Assembly: GCA_963713045.1 (NCBI GenBank)
Contig: CAVQKE010000001.1
Location: 64,001 to 128,000 of the forward strand
DNA: 64,000 nt
From: an uncultured delta proteobacterium
GTDB lineage: Bacteria; Myxococcota; Myxococcia; Myxococcales; Myxococcaceae
Direction: 5' to 3'
Below, piece after piece: positions 29,090-38,807 of the stretch. The position numbers and the translations under genes are program-made. Numbering within the stretch: the first letter of the stretch is position 1; every line of letters starts with the position of its first letter. Below the pieces are notes generated by a model. That model was not told where the DNA came from, did not search any database, and saw nothing but the letters and a program-made list of their open reading frames with translations.

Positions 29090-30529
29090 TTGATGAAGAC
29101 GCATGGGAACAGGACCTTCGTGGGCACGGTCGTGTTCCTTGACCTGGGAGAGGAGAGCACAGCCTCTGCCGCCCCCGAGCTCCAGCAGCGCGTGCGCGAC
29201 GTCGTCACTCGCACTGTCGGCCACCTCGCCGAGGCCGACCGAATCCTCCTGGACACCGGAAATGGCGCGGTGTTGTGTTTCCCGGGTGACCCGGAGGACG
29301 CGGTGTTTGTCGCCATTGGCATTCGGGACAGTCTTCAGCAGGAGGCTGCGGTTTTTCATGACCTTCAGGTTCGTCTCGGCGTCAACCTGGGGCCGGTCAA
29401 AGTCGTCGAAGAGTCGCCTGGGCATACCCAGTTGCTGGGCGAAGGGCTTTACGGCGCGCAAGCGCTGCTAGGATTTGCCAGCCCTTCGCAGATTCTCGCC
29501 TCGCGGTCGTTCTTCGAGCTGGTGTCGAGTCTCTCCGACGAATACCGAGAGCTCTTTCATCACCGAGGTCGACGCCGGCCGGGCACGCGGGAGGTCGACT
29601 TCTTCGAGCTGGCGCCGGTCGGGGGTGTCGCGGCAACGGACTTGACGTGGCCGGCAGGGGCGACGCCGCAGCCCGGCGCGCCGGCCGCTCCCGCCGCCCC
29701 GGTTCTGCCGATTTCCCCGGCCGCCGCTCCGGTCGCGGCGGCAGCTGCCACACCCCATGAGGGTTGGCGTCCGGAAGCCCTGGGCGAGCTTTCCAGTGCC
29801 CTGGCGAAATGGGTCGGGCCACTCGCGCCGGTGCTGGTCAAGCGCTCCCTGACGCGGACCGAAGACCCGCGGGCGCTGTGCGAATTCCTCGCCGAGGCCC
29901 TCACCGATGAGTCGGACCGCGCGGCCTTCCTCAGCTACGCACGCCGCTGGATTCCGTCGGCCCGTAAGCCGCAAGGGCCAGCCGGCACACCCGCCCCAGT
30001 GGTGACGCCGGGCAGGCTTCAGCCCGAGGAGCGCGCCCGATTGGAGGCGGCTCTTGCACCCCACGTCGGACCGATTGCACGCCTTTTGGTGGAGCGGGTC
30101 GCGCACGAGGCTCCGGACCTGGCCGCCGCTTCGAAGAAGCTTGCCAACTCCATTGCCGACGGCGAGTCGCGCAAGACGTTTCTCAAGACGGTCACGATGG
30201 TGCTGCCACCGCCGCGGAAACAAGGGTCCCGTCCGGGGGGTGCCGAGACCGCCGCCGCGTCCAAAGCTGTCGCCAAGCGCACCCCCGCCCGCGCAGCCCA
30301 GGCCATTGGGGGGACGCAGCCACTGCTGGCAACTGCCTTTCTGGACGAGGAAATCCTGCGCCGGGCGGAACAGAGTCTGGCACGTGCCGTCGGGCCGATG
30401 GCGCGCGCGCTGGTGCGCCGCGCAGCCAAGGGGGCTCGCGACACAACCGAGCTGTATGCAGCACTCGCCGAGGAACTTCCTGAGGGACCGGAACGCGACC
30501 GATTCCTCGCCTCGTACGGCAAAAGCTGA
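29090..30529 (+). CDS. Degenerate class III adenylate/guanylate cyclase-like domain + three helical repeats
   Basis: TVVFLDL, TGNG, VRLGVNLGPV, QILASRSF; repeats VGPLAPVLV, VGPIARLLV, VGPMARALV. Confidence 0.8.
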   Translation: MMKTHGNRTFVGTVVFLDLGEESTASAAPELQQRVRDVVTRTVGHLAEADRILLDTGNGAVLCFPGDPEDAVFVAIGIRDSLQQEAAVFHDLQVRLGVNLGPVKVVEESPGHTQLLGEGLYGAQALLGFASPSQILASRSFFELVSSLSDEYRELFHHRGRRRPGTREVDFFELAPVGGVAATDLTWPAGATPQPGAPAAPAAPVLPISPAAAPVAAAAATPHEGWRPEALGELSSALAKWVGPLAPVLVKRSLTRTEDPRALCEFLAEALTDESDRAAFLSYARRWIPSARKPQGPAGTPAPVVTPGRLQPEERARLEAALAPHVGPIARLLVERVAHEAPDLAAASKKLANSIADGESRKTFLKTVTMVLPPPRKQGSRPGGAETAAASKAVAKRTPARAAQAIGGTQPLLATAFLDEEILRRAEQSLARAVGPMARALVRRAAKGARDTTELYAALAEELPEGPERDRFLASYGKS

Positions 30530-30539
30530 AAGCTCCGCG

Positions 30540-32039
30540 CTACGCCGTCGGTTGGGCAGGATTCGAAAGGCTCGAACGAAGACGGGTCCCAGCCCGTGAG
30601 ACCATCTCCTGCAATTCACCCACCGTGCCCTTTTCCCCCCACACTGCAACCACCTCCCCCGAGGACGTGTCCTGGACGCGAACGGCCAACCTCAGCGGGC
30701 TGGAGAGTCCGTTGCCAAGACACAGGTAGGAGCCGAGGACAGTCAGCTGAGCGCCCGTCAGGTCGCGCACGTGGCCCAGTGTCTCGCTGGACAGCGTGTC
30801 CTGGGCTCCAAGGGAGAGGGCGCGCTGGGCGCGCGCGACCTCCTCGGCGGGCAGCGTCCTGAGCGTCTGACTCGCCTCTTGGAATTCACGGGTGACCATT
30901 TCCACCAGTGCCGTCGACAGCCAGGCTCCGTCCGGTCGCCCGGCGAGATTGCGGAAACCAAGGACAGCCACTGCCTTGCGAGGGTCTAACGTTTGCTGGC
31001 CCACCGCGCGGACCACATCCAGTACCGAACGAAAACGCTTTTGCGGTTCGCGCTCGAGGCAGCGAAGGATGGCGGCGTCCCAGCGGGCGTCGAGGCTCGT
31101 CACCAGCGCCGAGGGAACTGGCGGCGCCTGATGCAACCGTTTCATCGCCGCCTCGAGTGCCGTCTCCCCGGAGAAGGGAACGGTCCCGGTGAGTGCCTCG
31201 TAGAGGAGCACGCCCAGCGCGTAAATATCCGTGGCGGCCGAAGGGGCTCCGCCAGTCAACTGTTCCGGTGCCATGTAGGCAGGCGTTCCGATGAAGCCCA
31301 CCCGACTCGTCACCGAAGCGTCCCGGTCGTGGCGGTTTTCCCCGTGCAAGGCGCGGGCGATGCCAAAGTCGGTGATGACGGCTCGCAGCGCCGCGTTGCC
31401 CTGGTGACCGGGCGTGTCCGGCGTGCGCTGCATGAGAAACACGTTCGCCGGCTTGAAGTCCCGGTGGATGACGTCTTGGACATGCATCGCCTCAAGACCG
31501 TCCGCCATTTGGCGCAGGAGCACCAGCAGCTCATAGCTGGCCATCGGGCCGGTGCGAACCAGCCGTTGGGCCAGCGTTTCGCCCAGCAGCAGTTCCATAC
31601 TCAGAAAGTTGACTCGTTCCCCTCTGGAGTCCACCCCCTCGTAAAGTTCGAAGATTCGGCAGACGTTGAGGTGGGTGACCCGTCGGGCCAGCAACACTTC
31701 TCGGCGAAACCGCTCCATCGCCGTCGGGTCCGCGGCGAACTCTGGAAGAATGGTTTTCACCGCGACGCGCGTCCGCAGCACCGTGTCTTCCGCCTCGTAC
31801 ACCGCGCCCATCCCGCCCCGGGCGATGAAGCGGAGGATGGTGAAGCGGTTTGCCAGGCGCTCCCCGACCTGCAGCGTCGTACCTCCTGGGTCCGGTGGCT
31901 GGGTAATGACCGAATTCAGCGGAATCGGCTCAGTGGAGGAGGTCGTCGGAGCTGGAGTGCGCCCAGGCTGCACCGGACGCGCCCCCTCCTTCGACACGCC
32001 ACCCGGGCGTCCGGCCTGTTTGTCCCAGTCTGCGGCCAT
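30540..32039 (-). CDS. Hanks-type Ser/Thr protein kinase with C-terminal TolB-N/CsgG-like domain
   Basis: ARGGMGAVY, VAVK, HRDFKPAN, TDFG, GTPAYMAPE; AVAVLGFRNL domain. Confidence 0.95.
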   Translation of the reverse strand: MAADWDKQAGRPGGVSKEGARPVQPGRTPAPTTSSTEPIPLNSVITQPPDPGGTTLQVGERLANRFTILRFIARGGMGAVYEAEDTVLRTRVAVKTILPEFAADPTAMERFRREVLLARRVTHLNVCRIFELYEGVDSRGERVNFLSMELLLGETLAQRLVRTGPMASYELLVLLRQMADGLEAMHVQDVIHRDFKPANVFLMQRTPDTPGHQGNAALRAVITDFGIARALHGENRHDRDASVTSRVGFIGTPAYMAPEQLTGGAPSAATDIYALGVLLYEALTGTVPFSGETALEAAMKRLHQAPPVPSALVTSLDARWDAAILRCLEREPQKRFRSVLDVVRAVGQQTLDPRKAVAVLGFRNLAGRPDGAWLSTALVEMVTREFQEASQTLRTLPAEEVARAQRALSLGAQDTLSSETLGHVRDLTGAQLTVLGSYLCLGNGLSSPLRLAVRVQDTSSGEVVAVWGEKGTVGELQEMVSRAGTRLRSSLSNPAQPTA

Positions 32040-32167
32040 GAAAAACGGCTCCCACCAGCAGGCCAAGGCCCCTGCTCAAAAGAGGAAAGCTTGCAACGCA
32101 TCCAGAGCCACAGCAAGAGGCGCTTCACGTCTAGTATCCGCCGCTCCTCGCAGTCCCCCCCACGGCC

Positions 32168-32437
32168 ATGACCTGCCCCCACCTCAAAGACATCAAGAAG
32201 GTCCGCCCCAGCTCCGACGGATGTGAGGACTGCCTGCGCATAGGCGACACGTGGGTGCACCTCCGCCTCTGCCTTTCCTGCGGTCACGTCGGGTGCTGTG
32301 ACTCCTCAAAAAACAAGCACGCCACCAAGCACTTCCATGCGGGGCACCACCCGGTGATGCGCTCGGTTGAGCCGGGAGAGACGTGGGGCTGGTGTTACGT
32401 CGACGAACTGATGTTCGACCCAATGCCGAAGCACTGA
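32168..32437 (+). CDS. UBP-type zinc finger protein
   Basis: CEDC...HLRLCLSCGHVGCCDSS..HATKH...WGWCYVD. Confidence 0.93.
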   Translation: MTCPHLKDIKKVRPSSDGCEDCLRIGDTWVHLRLCLSCGHVGCCDSSKNKHATKHFHAGHHPVMRSVEPGETWGWCYVDELMFDPMPKH

Positions 32438-32469
32438 TTATTGAGTGGCTTGTCGCCGATTGGCGTCGC

Positions 32470-32915
32470 TTAGGGCGTCTGGGATTCCAACTGCTTTTTC
32501 GCCGCCTGACGCTCGCGCTCCTGGTCGGCGATCAGCCGGTAGGCAACGCCGGGATCAGCTCGCCGCGCGCAACCGGGATGAAGATGACTCTGACCCTCAG
32601 CGACTGCGAGTCCTGCTTACCATTGATGTCGGCCTCGAAGGCTTTGAGCAACTCATGGCTGAGTCCGCGCTGCGAGCCTCGATCGACGAAATAACAAGTC
32701 CGGCTGTACACCACCAGCGCCCGTAGGACGCTGCGGCGCTGGATGACGTCCCAGTCACCGGTAAAGGCAGGCAACTCCGCCGGTAAGTCCCCGTCGATGC
32801 CGGCGTCAGGACTGCCAGCGCCCACTGGGGATTCTGCACGCCCGGGCTGCGCGGCCAGCAGGCTTACTCCCACCAAGACGCCGACCGCCCGCACCATCTG
32901 TCGAAAAACGACCAC
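32470..32915 (-). pseudogene. MltF-like lytic transglycosylase collapsed by internal deletion
   Basis: N-terminal signal + FTGDWDVIQRRSVLRALVVYSRTCYFVDRG...IPVARGELIPAL, joined out of frame at ~32545 to AYRLIADQERERQAAKKQLESQTP*, which resembles the family C-terminus. Confidence 0.72.
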
Positions 32916-32998
32916 ACCCGTACCTTCACGCGACGTCCCATTGACGCTCGAACTGGCTCCAGCTCAGGCTTGGCCGCTGCTCAGCCCGGAGGTTTCCC

Positions 32999-33457
32999 AT
33001 GGCTCAAGTCAATGCGGTTCCTGCAGGCATGCATTCCATCACCCCGGCGCTCAGTCTCGAGGGTGCCGCGGACGCCATTGGCTTTTTGACGCGCGCTTTT
33101 GGCGCCGAGGAAGTCACGCGGGCCATGGACCCAAGTGGGAAAAAAGTGTGGCACGCGGTGGTCCGCATCGGCGACTCCGTCATCTTCCTCAACGACACCT
33201 CCCCGGACATGGCGCCGAAGCCCGTCACGGCAAGGCTGTGGCTGTATGGAGACAACGTCGATGCCGCTTTCAAGCGCGCGACGGAGGCCGGTGCGGTCGC
33301 CAAGATGCCGCCGGCGGACATGTTCTGGGGAGACCGGATAGCCGAGGTGCACGACCGCTGGGGGAACGTCTGGATGTTGGCCCAGCACATGCGCGACTTG
33401 ACGCCTGCTGAGATGAAGAAGGCCCAGGACGCCTTCGTCGCCAGCATGAAGAAGTAG
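32999..33457 (+). CDS. VOC family protein (glyoxalase/PhnB-like)
   Basis: HSITPAL, AFGAEE, HAVVRIGDS, DMFWGDR, DRWGNVW; RBS GGAGG. Confidence 0.92.
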   Translation: MAQVNAVPAGMHSITPALSLEGAADAIGFLTRAFGAEEVTRAMDPSGKKVWHAVVRIGDSVIFLNDTSPDMAPKPVTARLWLYGDNVDAAFKRATEAGAVAKMPPADMFWGDRIAEVHDRWGNVWMLAQHMRDLTPAEMKKAQDAFVASMKK

Positions 33458-33472
33458 CGCGCCGTCGTTTTG

Positions 33473-33517
33473 CCCCTGGGCGACTCTTCAACGCCCGCCG
33501 TCGTCGTCGCCCAGGGG
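33473..33517. terminator. Inverted repeat between convergent genes
   Basis: CCCCTGGGCGAC...GTCGCCCAGGGG 12-bp stem, preceded by TTTT. Confidence 0.45.
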
Positions 33518-33569
33518 TGCTCCCGCCTCCACTCCCCGACCAGCGCCGTTCACTTTCGCGCTCGAATCC

Positions 33570-34898
33570 CTAAGCGGAGTCGGTCGCGATGAGCCATTTC
33601 TCCGCACGCACGTACCGCAGGAGTTCGTCTATCGGCGGCTGTAGACGCAGTTGCTCGACGCCGATGAGACCAGGCCCGGAAAGCTCGAACACCGCATCGG
33701 CCTGCCCCCCGAGCTCCGCTCGGCAGACCTCGACTGGAACCGCCGAGACATAAAGTCTCACGTTGTCGGCAAGGAGCTTTCCAAGCCCCTCCAGCATCTT
33801 CCCTGGAAGGGCGAGGTACTCGTCCTGCACGAGGAGTTTGGCCAGGGCCGAAACGCCCATTGCCAGGCGGATGGGTTCCGAGGTGAAGCGCCTCAGGAAC
33901 TGGACCAGACGGTAGCCTTGAGCCAAGTCGGTGACAGCAACGGCTCCCAACTCCACCAGCCTCTCAACCCGCGCAAGCAGCTCACTGTCTGGCGTGGGCA
34001 CGCCTGGCTCATCCTTCAGAGCCATGTCGATGACGGTAGTGACCGAGTTTTTGGTGTCCGGGAATTCTTTCTGAAACTGACGTTCCGCAGCTTTCAGCAG
34101 GTCCGTTTGAAATGGAGAAACGGAATCAAAGCGACCGCTCTCGACGATGAGCGGTCGCTTTCTCAGCACCGAGGCGGGCTCCACCACGCGCCCACTCCGG
34201 TCAAAGACCACGGCATGGCACATCTGCTGGCGTAGCGAGCGGATGCACCACAACCGTGCATCGACATTGTTGAAGGCTGCCCCGCTCAGCTCGATGACGT
34301 CCAGCTCGAGGTTCTCTCGAGATAGCCCCTCGAAGAGCGAGGTGAGGAACTCAGCAGAGGAGTTCCGGTGGTGGTAGGCCGCATCGATGAGGTTGACGCC
34401 CAAAAGTCCCAGCGATTCGCTCTGTTGCGTTGCCGTCGCATCGCGAAGCTGCACATGAAGGAGGATGTCGCTCGGAGTCCCGCCGGGTTCAACCTCGAAC
34501 CGGAGCCCCATCCAACCGTGTTGATGATTGTCGCCTTTGAAATTCCTCGCAGCGACGGTATCGGCGAAGGAAAAATATCGAGCGCTGGCGCTTCGAGTCG
34601 GACCAAGCTCGTTTCGGAGCAGCGAGTACTCGCGTTCGAGCATCGACAATAGCCGCTCCCGAGATACATAGCGCGTCCCCTTCCCGTAGCGGTCGTCACT
34701 GAAGGCCTTGTCATAGGCGCAAATGGTCTGTGCAACGGTTCCCGAAGCGGCTCCCACCAGAAGAAACCACTGCGCAACGTCCTGACCCGCGCCAATCTCG
34801 GCAAACGTCCCGTAGATGCTCGGGTCTAAGTTAAGCGCCAGTGCCTTCGAATGTGCCTTGGAGGCTGCTGTTTTGGTGTCATCCAACTTAGAGGCCAT
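33570..34898 (-). CDS. Conserved hypothetical protein, nucleotidyltransferase-like family of uncertain function
   Basis: KALALNLDPSIYGTFAEIGAGQ, YVSRERL, FADTVAARNF, HGWMG; no signal peptide. Confidence 0.7.
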   Translation of the reverse strand: MASKLDDTKTAASKAHSKALALNLDPSIYGTFAEIGAGQDVAQWFLLVGAASGTVAQTICAYDKAFSDDRYGKGTRYVSRERLLSMLEREYSLLRNELGPTRSASARYFSFADTVAARNFKGDNHQHGWMGLRFEVEPGGTPSDILLHVQLRDATATQQSESLGLLGVNLIDAAYHHRNSSAEFLTSLFEGLSRENLELDVIELSGAAFNNVDARLWCIRSLRQQMCHAVVFDRSGRVVEPASVLRKRPLIVESGRFDSVSPFQTDLLKAAERQFQKEFPDTKNSVTTVIDMALKDEPGVPTPDSELLARVERLVELGAVAVTDLAQGYRLVQFLRRFTSEPIRLAMGVSALAKLLVQDEYLALPGKMLEGLGKLLADNVRLYVSAVPVEVCRAELGGQADAVFELSGPGLIGVEQLRLQPPIDELLRYVRAEKWLIATDSA

Positions 34899-34983
34899 GC
34901 GCTGTTCCTTAGCAAATTCGTCATTCCGACGCCGGCTCGGAGGGCGCTATCCTCCCTGGGCTGCCCGACCGGCTCCATCCGCC

Positions 34984-35400
34984 ATGCCTAGTCGCCCCTT
35001 CCATCACGCCTTTGCAGTGAAGGACCTCCCTTCCACCCGCTCCTTCTATGGAGAGCTGCTCGGATGTCAGGAGGGTCGGTCGACCGACACCTGGGTGGAT
35101 TTTGATTTTTTTGGAAACCAAATCTCTGCCCACCTGGGCCGGCCCTCTTCCCTGGGGGCGGTGGGCCTGGTGGAGGCCGTCGAGGTCCCCATTCCGCATT
35201 TCGGCGCGTTGCTCGAGTGGAGGGAGTTTCAAGTCCTCGCCTCTCGGCTGGAGCGGGCCGGACTGACCTTCCTGATTCGGCCCTCGATTCGCTACGTTGG
35301 AGAACCCGCTGAGCAAGCCACGATGTTTTTTCTCGACCCGAGTGGGAATGCCCTGGAACTGAAGGCGTTCCGCAACCCCTCGGCAGCTTTCGCCCGATGA
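34984..35400 (+). CDS. VOC family putative dioxygenase (COG3565-like)
   Basis: PFHHAF, WVDFDFFGNQISAH, PHFG, EQATMFFLDPSGNALELKAF. Confidence 0.9.
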   Translation: MPSRPFHHAFAVKDLPSTRSFYGELLGCQEGRSTDTWVDFDFFGNQISAHLGRPSSLGAVGLVEAVEVPIPHFGALLEWREFQVLASRLERAGLTFLIRPSIRYVGEPAEQATMFFLDPSGNALELKAFRNPSAAFAR

Positions 35401-36527
35401 GGGCGGACGTGGTGGTCATCGGGGGTGGCGTCGTCGGTAGCAGCGTTGCATTCCACCTGGCAACGGCGGGCACCTGGCGCGTCACTGTGGTCGACCGCGG
35501 AGGGGGCAGCACCGAGCGCGCGACGGGCGGCTTTCGAGCGCAGTTCGCAACCGAAGTCAACGTTCGCCTCTCTCTCCTTTCCCTAAGGAAGCTGCGCTCT
35601 TTTGCCGACGAGACCGGTGTCGAGCCTGGGTACAGCCCGAGCGGCTACCTCTTCGTCGCCGCGACGGGGTCACAGCTACAGCGGCTGCGCGCGGCCATCA
35701 GCGTGCAGCGAGGCGCTGGCTATGACGCCGCATGCGAGCTCTCCCCCCAAGAAGTCCTCCACTGCAACCCAGCCTTAGCGCCAGAAGACATCGCCGGCGG
35801 GACGTTTTCCAAGACGGACGGCTTTCTCCGTCCGACCGAGATTCAGCGCGGTTACCGCGAAGCAGCTGGCCGTCTTGGCGTTCGTTTCCTCCAATCGACA
35901 GTCCGCAGCGTTCGTCGCACAGGCGACCGCCTCGTCGAGGTTCGCACCGACAGGGAGAGACTGCCCTGTGGAGCAGTCGTTAATGCCGCTGGTCCGTGGG
36001 CCGCAGAAGTGGCGCGGCTCGCTCGAGTCGAGGTCCCGGTAACGCCCCTGCGACGCCAAGTGGCAGTCACGTCCTCGACGGATGCACTTCCGGAGCTCAT
36101 GCCGATGACGGTGTTCGCGGATGGATTCCACTGCCGAGTGAGGGACGGGCGGGTGCTGCTGCTTCAACCCAGCGCCCCGTCGATGGACCCATTCGACGTG
36201 TCCGTCGACCGGGCTTGGGTGGAGTCGGTGCTCGCCGTGGCTCGTGTCCGAGTGCCTTGCCTCGCAAGCGTCCCAGTCGCTTCCACTTACGCCGGACTTT
36301 ATGAAATGTCGCCGGACGAGCACGCGCTGCTCGGTCTCGCCGACGGCCTAGAAAACTTTTGGCTCGTCAACGGCTCATCTGGCCACGGCGTCATGCACGC
36401 ACCGGCCCTGGGCCAGCTGGCCGCAGAGCTGATGACGCTTGGGGAGGCACGGAGTCTCAACGTGTCGGCGCTACGGCCGAGCCGCTTCCGAGAAGGTCAG
36501 CCGAATCCGGTTCGTTCATTGCTCTGA
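35397..36527 (+). CDS. FAD-dependent oxidoreductase (DAO / sarcosine oxidase beta-like)
   Basis: VIGGGVVG, VVNAAGPWA, GLYEMSPD, SGHGVMHAP. Confidence 0.92.
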   Translation: MRADVVVIGGGVVGSSVAFHLATAGTWRVTVVDRGGGSTERATGGFRAQFATEVNVRLSLLSLRKLRSFADETGVEPGYSPSGYLFVAATGSQLQRLRAAISVQRGAGYDAACELSPQEVLHCNPALAPEDIAGGTFSKTDGFLRPTEIQRGYREAAGRLGVRFLQSTVRSVRRTGDRLVEVRTDRERLPCGAVVNAAGPWAAEVARLARVEVPVTPLRRQVAVTSSTDALPELMPMTVFADGFHCRVRDGRVLLLQPSAPSMDPFDVSVDRAWVESVLAVARVRVPCLASVPVASTYAGLYEMSPDEHALLGLADGLENFWLVNGSSGHGVMHAPALGQLAAELMTLGEARSLNVSALRPSRFREGQPNPVRSLL

Positions 36528-36562
36528 CGAACGGCCTCGTGTCGCGGCAAGCCGGCGCGCCG

Positions 36563-38797
36563 TCAAGCTCCCTTCAAGCTCGGCTTAAACGCGGCCAGCA
36601 CCTTCTCAGGAGTAAAGGGTACGGACCGGACGCGTGCTCCGACTGCGTCGTTGATGGCGTTGGCAATCGCTGCCGGCACCACGGCCGCTGTCGGCTCACC
36701 GGCACCCCAAGGCTTCTCGTGTGGTCGATCGATGAGGTCAATCACCACCTTCGGGGCGTCGGGGAACCTCAGGATGGGGTAGCTCGCCCAATCGAGACTG
36801 GTCACTCGTGAGCGGTTAAACGTCAGCCGTTCGATGAGTGTGCGACTGACGGTTTGTACGACGTTTCCTTCAATTTGATTGCGGAGCCCGTCGGGGTTGA
36901 TGATTTGGCCGCAGTCGTGTGCGACGTAAAAGCGCTTGACGTGGACGGCCCCGGTGCTGGTGTCGACCACGACGTCGGCGACCGCACCCACATAGGTGCG
37001 CACCAACTCGTATTTCACGTACGCCACGCCTCGTCCGCTCGCCATCGGTCCATCGGCGTTGTTTCGTCCGCCCACCCGGGGCTTCCAGCTGGCGAGCTTC
37101 ACCAGCCGGTCGAGGAGCTCCAGACCGCGCGGATCCTTGAGAAGACGCCGGCGGTACTCGATGGGGTCGACTCCCGCAGCAGCCGCACACTCGTCGATGA
37201 AAGACTCGTTGCCGAACGTATTCTGCATTCTCCCCGGCGTGCGAATCCACGACGGGCGAAGCGGCGTCTCAGCGAGCCAGTGCGCAGTCGCCTTGATGTG
37301 CGGAACTCCATACGGAATGGCGAGTGACGCTTGGATGTTTCCAGGGTGTGCCGGATCTGTCGGTAGCCCAGCAAGCTCGGCCGCAACGAGCGGCACGACA
37401 ATCTTCGCGGGGCGGTTTGGAATGAAGGCCTCCGACTCCCAAGCGACGAGGGAACCGTTTGCGTCGAGTGCGGCGCGAAAGTCGAGCAGGGTAGGCGGCC
37501 CCTTGGGATCCCAGCCGTGCTCGTCCGCGCGGCTCCACTGAACGCGGATGGGCTTGGCCAGTTCCTGAGCGATCAGCACCGCATCGGCGGCTGCGTCCTC
37601 GTGACCGTTACGGCCATAGCAACCAGAGCCATCGACATAAATGCAGCGAATGTCCACATCCTTCATGGTCAACATCTGCGCGAGCTGATGTCGCAGCAGG
37701 TGCGTTGCCTGGGACGCACTCCAACAAGTGAGCTTCCCGTCCTTGAACTCGGCGACTGCACAGGACGGCCCGATGGAACCGTGCGTGTGCATCGCGAAGT
37801 CGTAGGTAGCGCTCAATTTCTTGGGATAGTTTTTGACCGCCTCCGAGGCGTTACCAGCTGACTGAAGCACTTCGACCTTCGCGACTTTGCTGGCCCGGAC
37901 GAATTCCCAGAGTTTCGCTTCATCGGGGAGGCCCTGCCAGTCGGACCAAGTCGCCTTCAGCGCGGCGGCTGCCTGGATAGCCCCCCATTCTGTCTTCGCC
38001 GCGACTGCGAGAAAGTTTCCCTTGCGAATCGTCGCCACGTAGCCAGGAACCAGCTTGGCCGCCGCGTCATCGACGCTGAGGAGGGTCGCTTTGATGCCTT
38101 GCGGGCGGACCACCCGGGCGTGCAGCATGCCCGGAAGCCTGAAGTCCTGCATGTATGTGAAGCGGCCGGTGACCTTTCCCGGAATGTCCAGCCTGGGCAC
38201 CGGTGTCCCGACAATGCTGTACTGAGATGGGTCCTTCAGCGGCGCCTTGGGGTCTACCTTCAGTGAAAGCTTCTGCCCTCCGATGAGTGCGCCGTAAGCA
38301 ACGCTCTTCCCTGTACTCTTGGCAACGACTCGACCCGCCCGCACTTCGACATCCTCCCGCGGAACACCGAGGCGTTGAGCTCCTTGGGCCAGAAGGGCTT
38401 CCCGTGCTGTCGCCGCGGCCTGGCGAATCTGCATGCCGCCGTTTTGGATCGACAAGCTTCCAAAGGTTACTCCTTGGTCCGGCGTGAGCAGGGTGTCGCC
38501 TTGAATGACCTCGACACTCGCGAAGGGAATCGTTAATTCTTCGGCCGCTATTTGAGTGATTGCCGTGCGGACCCCGGTTCCCAGGTCAACTTTGCCTGAG
38601 AAAATCGTGACCTTGCCGTTCGCGGCAATTGAAATGAAACCATCGACTTCATCGAGGGCGACGGTCTTCCCCGCAGGTGCTGTCGGCGCGGAAGCGGCGG
38701 CGGCAGCTCGAGACGCGAGGTTTCCGAGCGAGAAGGTGATGACCAGCGAGCCAGAAGTCTTCAGAAAACCACGGCGCGTGAGGGTGGTAGTCGGCAT
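36563..38797 (-). CDS. Xanthine dehydrogenase family molybdopterin subunit (IorB/NicB-like), Tat-exported
   Basis: TRRGFLK Tat motif, GKVDLGTG, GSGCYGRNG, HDCGQIINPDG, GAGEP. Confidence 0.93.
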   Translation of the reverse strand: MPTTTLTRRGFLKTSGSLVITFSLGNLASRAAAAASAPTAPAGKTVALDEVDGFISIAANGKVTIFSGKVDLGTGVRTAITQIAAEELTIPFASVEVIQGDTLLTPDQGVTFGSLSIQNGGMQIRQAAATAREALLAQGAQRLGVPREDVEVRAGRVVAKSTGKSVAYGALIGGQKLSLKVDPKAPLKDPSQYSIVGTPVPRLDIPGKVTGRFTYMQDFRLPGMLHARVVRPQGIKATLLSVDDAAAKLVPGYVATIRKGNFLAVAAKTEWGAIQAAAALKATWSDWQGLPDEAKLWEFVRASKVAKVEVLQSAGNASEAVKNYPKKLSATYDFAMHTHGSIGPSCAVAEFKDGKLTCWSASQATHLLRHQLAQMLTMKDVDIRCIYVDGSGCYGRNGHEDAAADAVLIAQELAKPIRVQWSRADEHGWDPKGPPTLLDFRAALDANGSLVAWESEAFIPNRPAKIVVPLVAAELAGLPTDPAHPGNIQASLAIPYGVPHIKATAHWLAETPLRPSWIRTPGRMQNTFGNESFIDECAAAAGVDPIEYRRRLLKDPRGLELLDRLVKLASWKPRVGGRNNADGPMASGRGVAYVKYELVRTYVGAVADVVVDTSTGAVHVKRFYVAHDCGQIINPDGLRNQIEGNVVQTVSRTLIERLTFNRSRVTSLDWASYPILRFPDAPKVVIDLIDRPHEKPWGAGEPTAAVVPAAIANAINDAVGARVRSVPFTPEKVLAAFKPSLKGA

Positions 38798-38807
38798 TGG
38801 TAGCTCC

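Noticed and set aside
33570..34898. TonB-dependent receptor label sometimes attached to this family
   Set aside because: No signal peptide or beta-barrel pattern.
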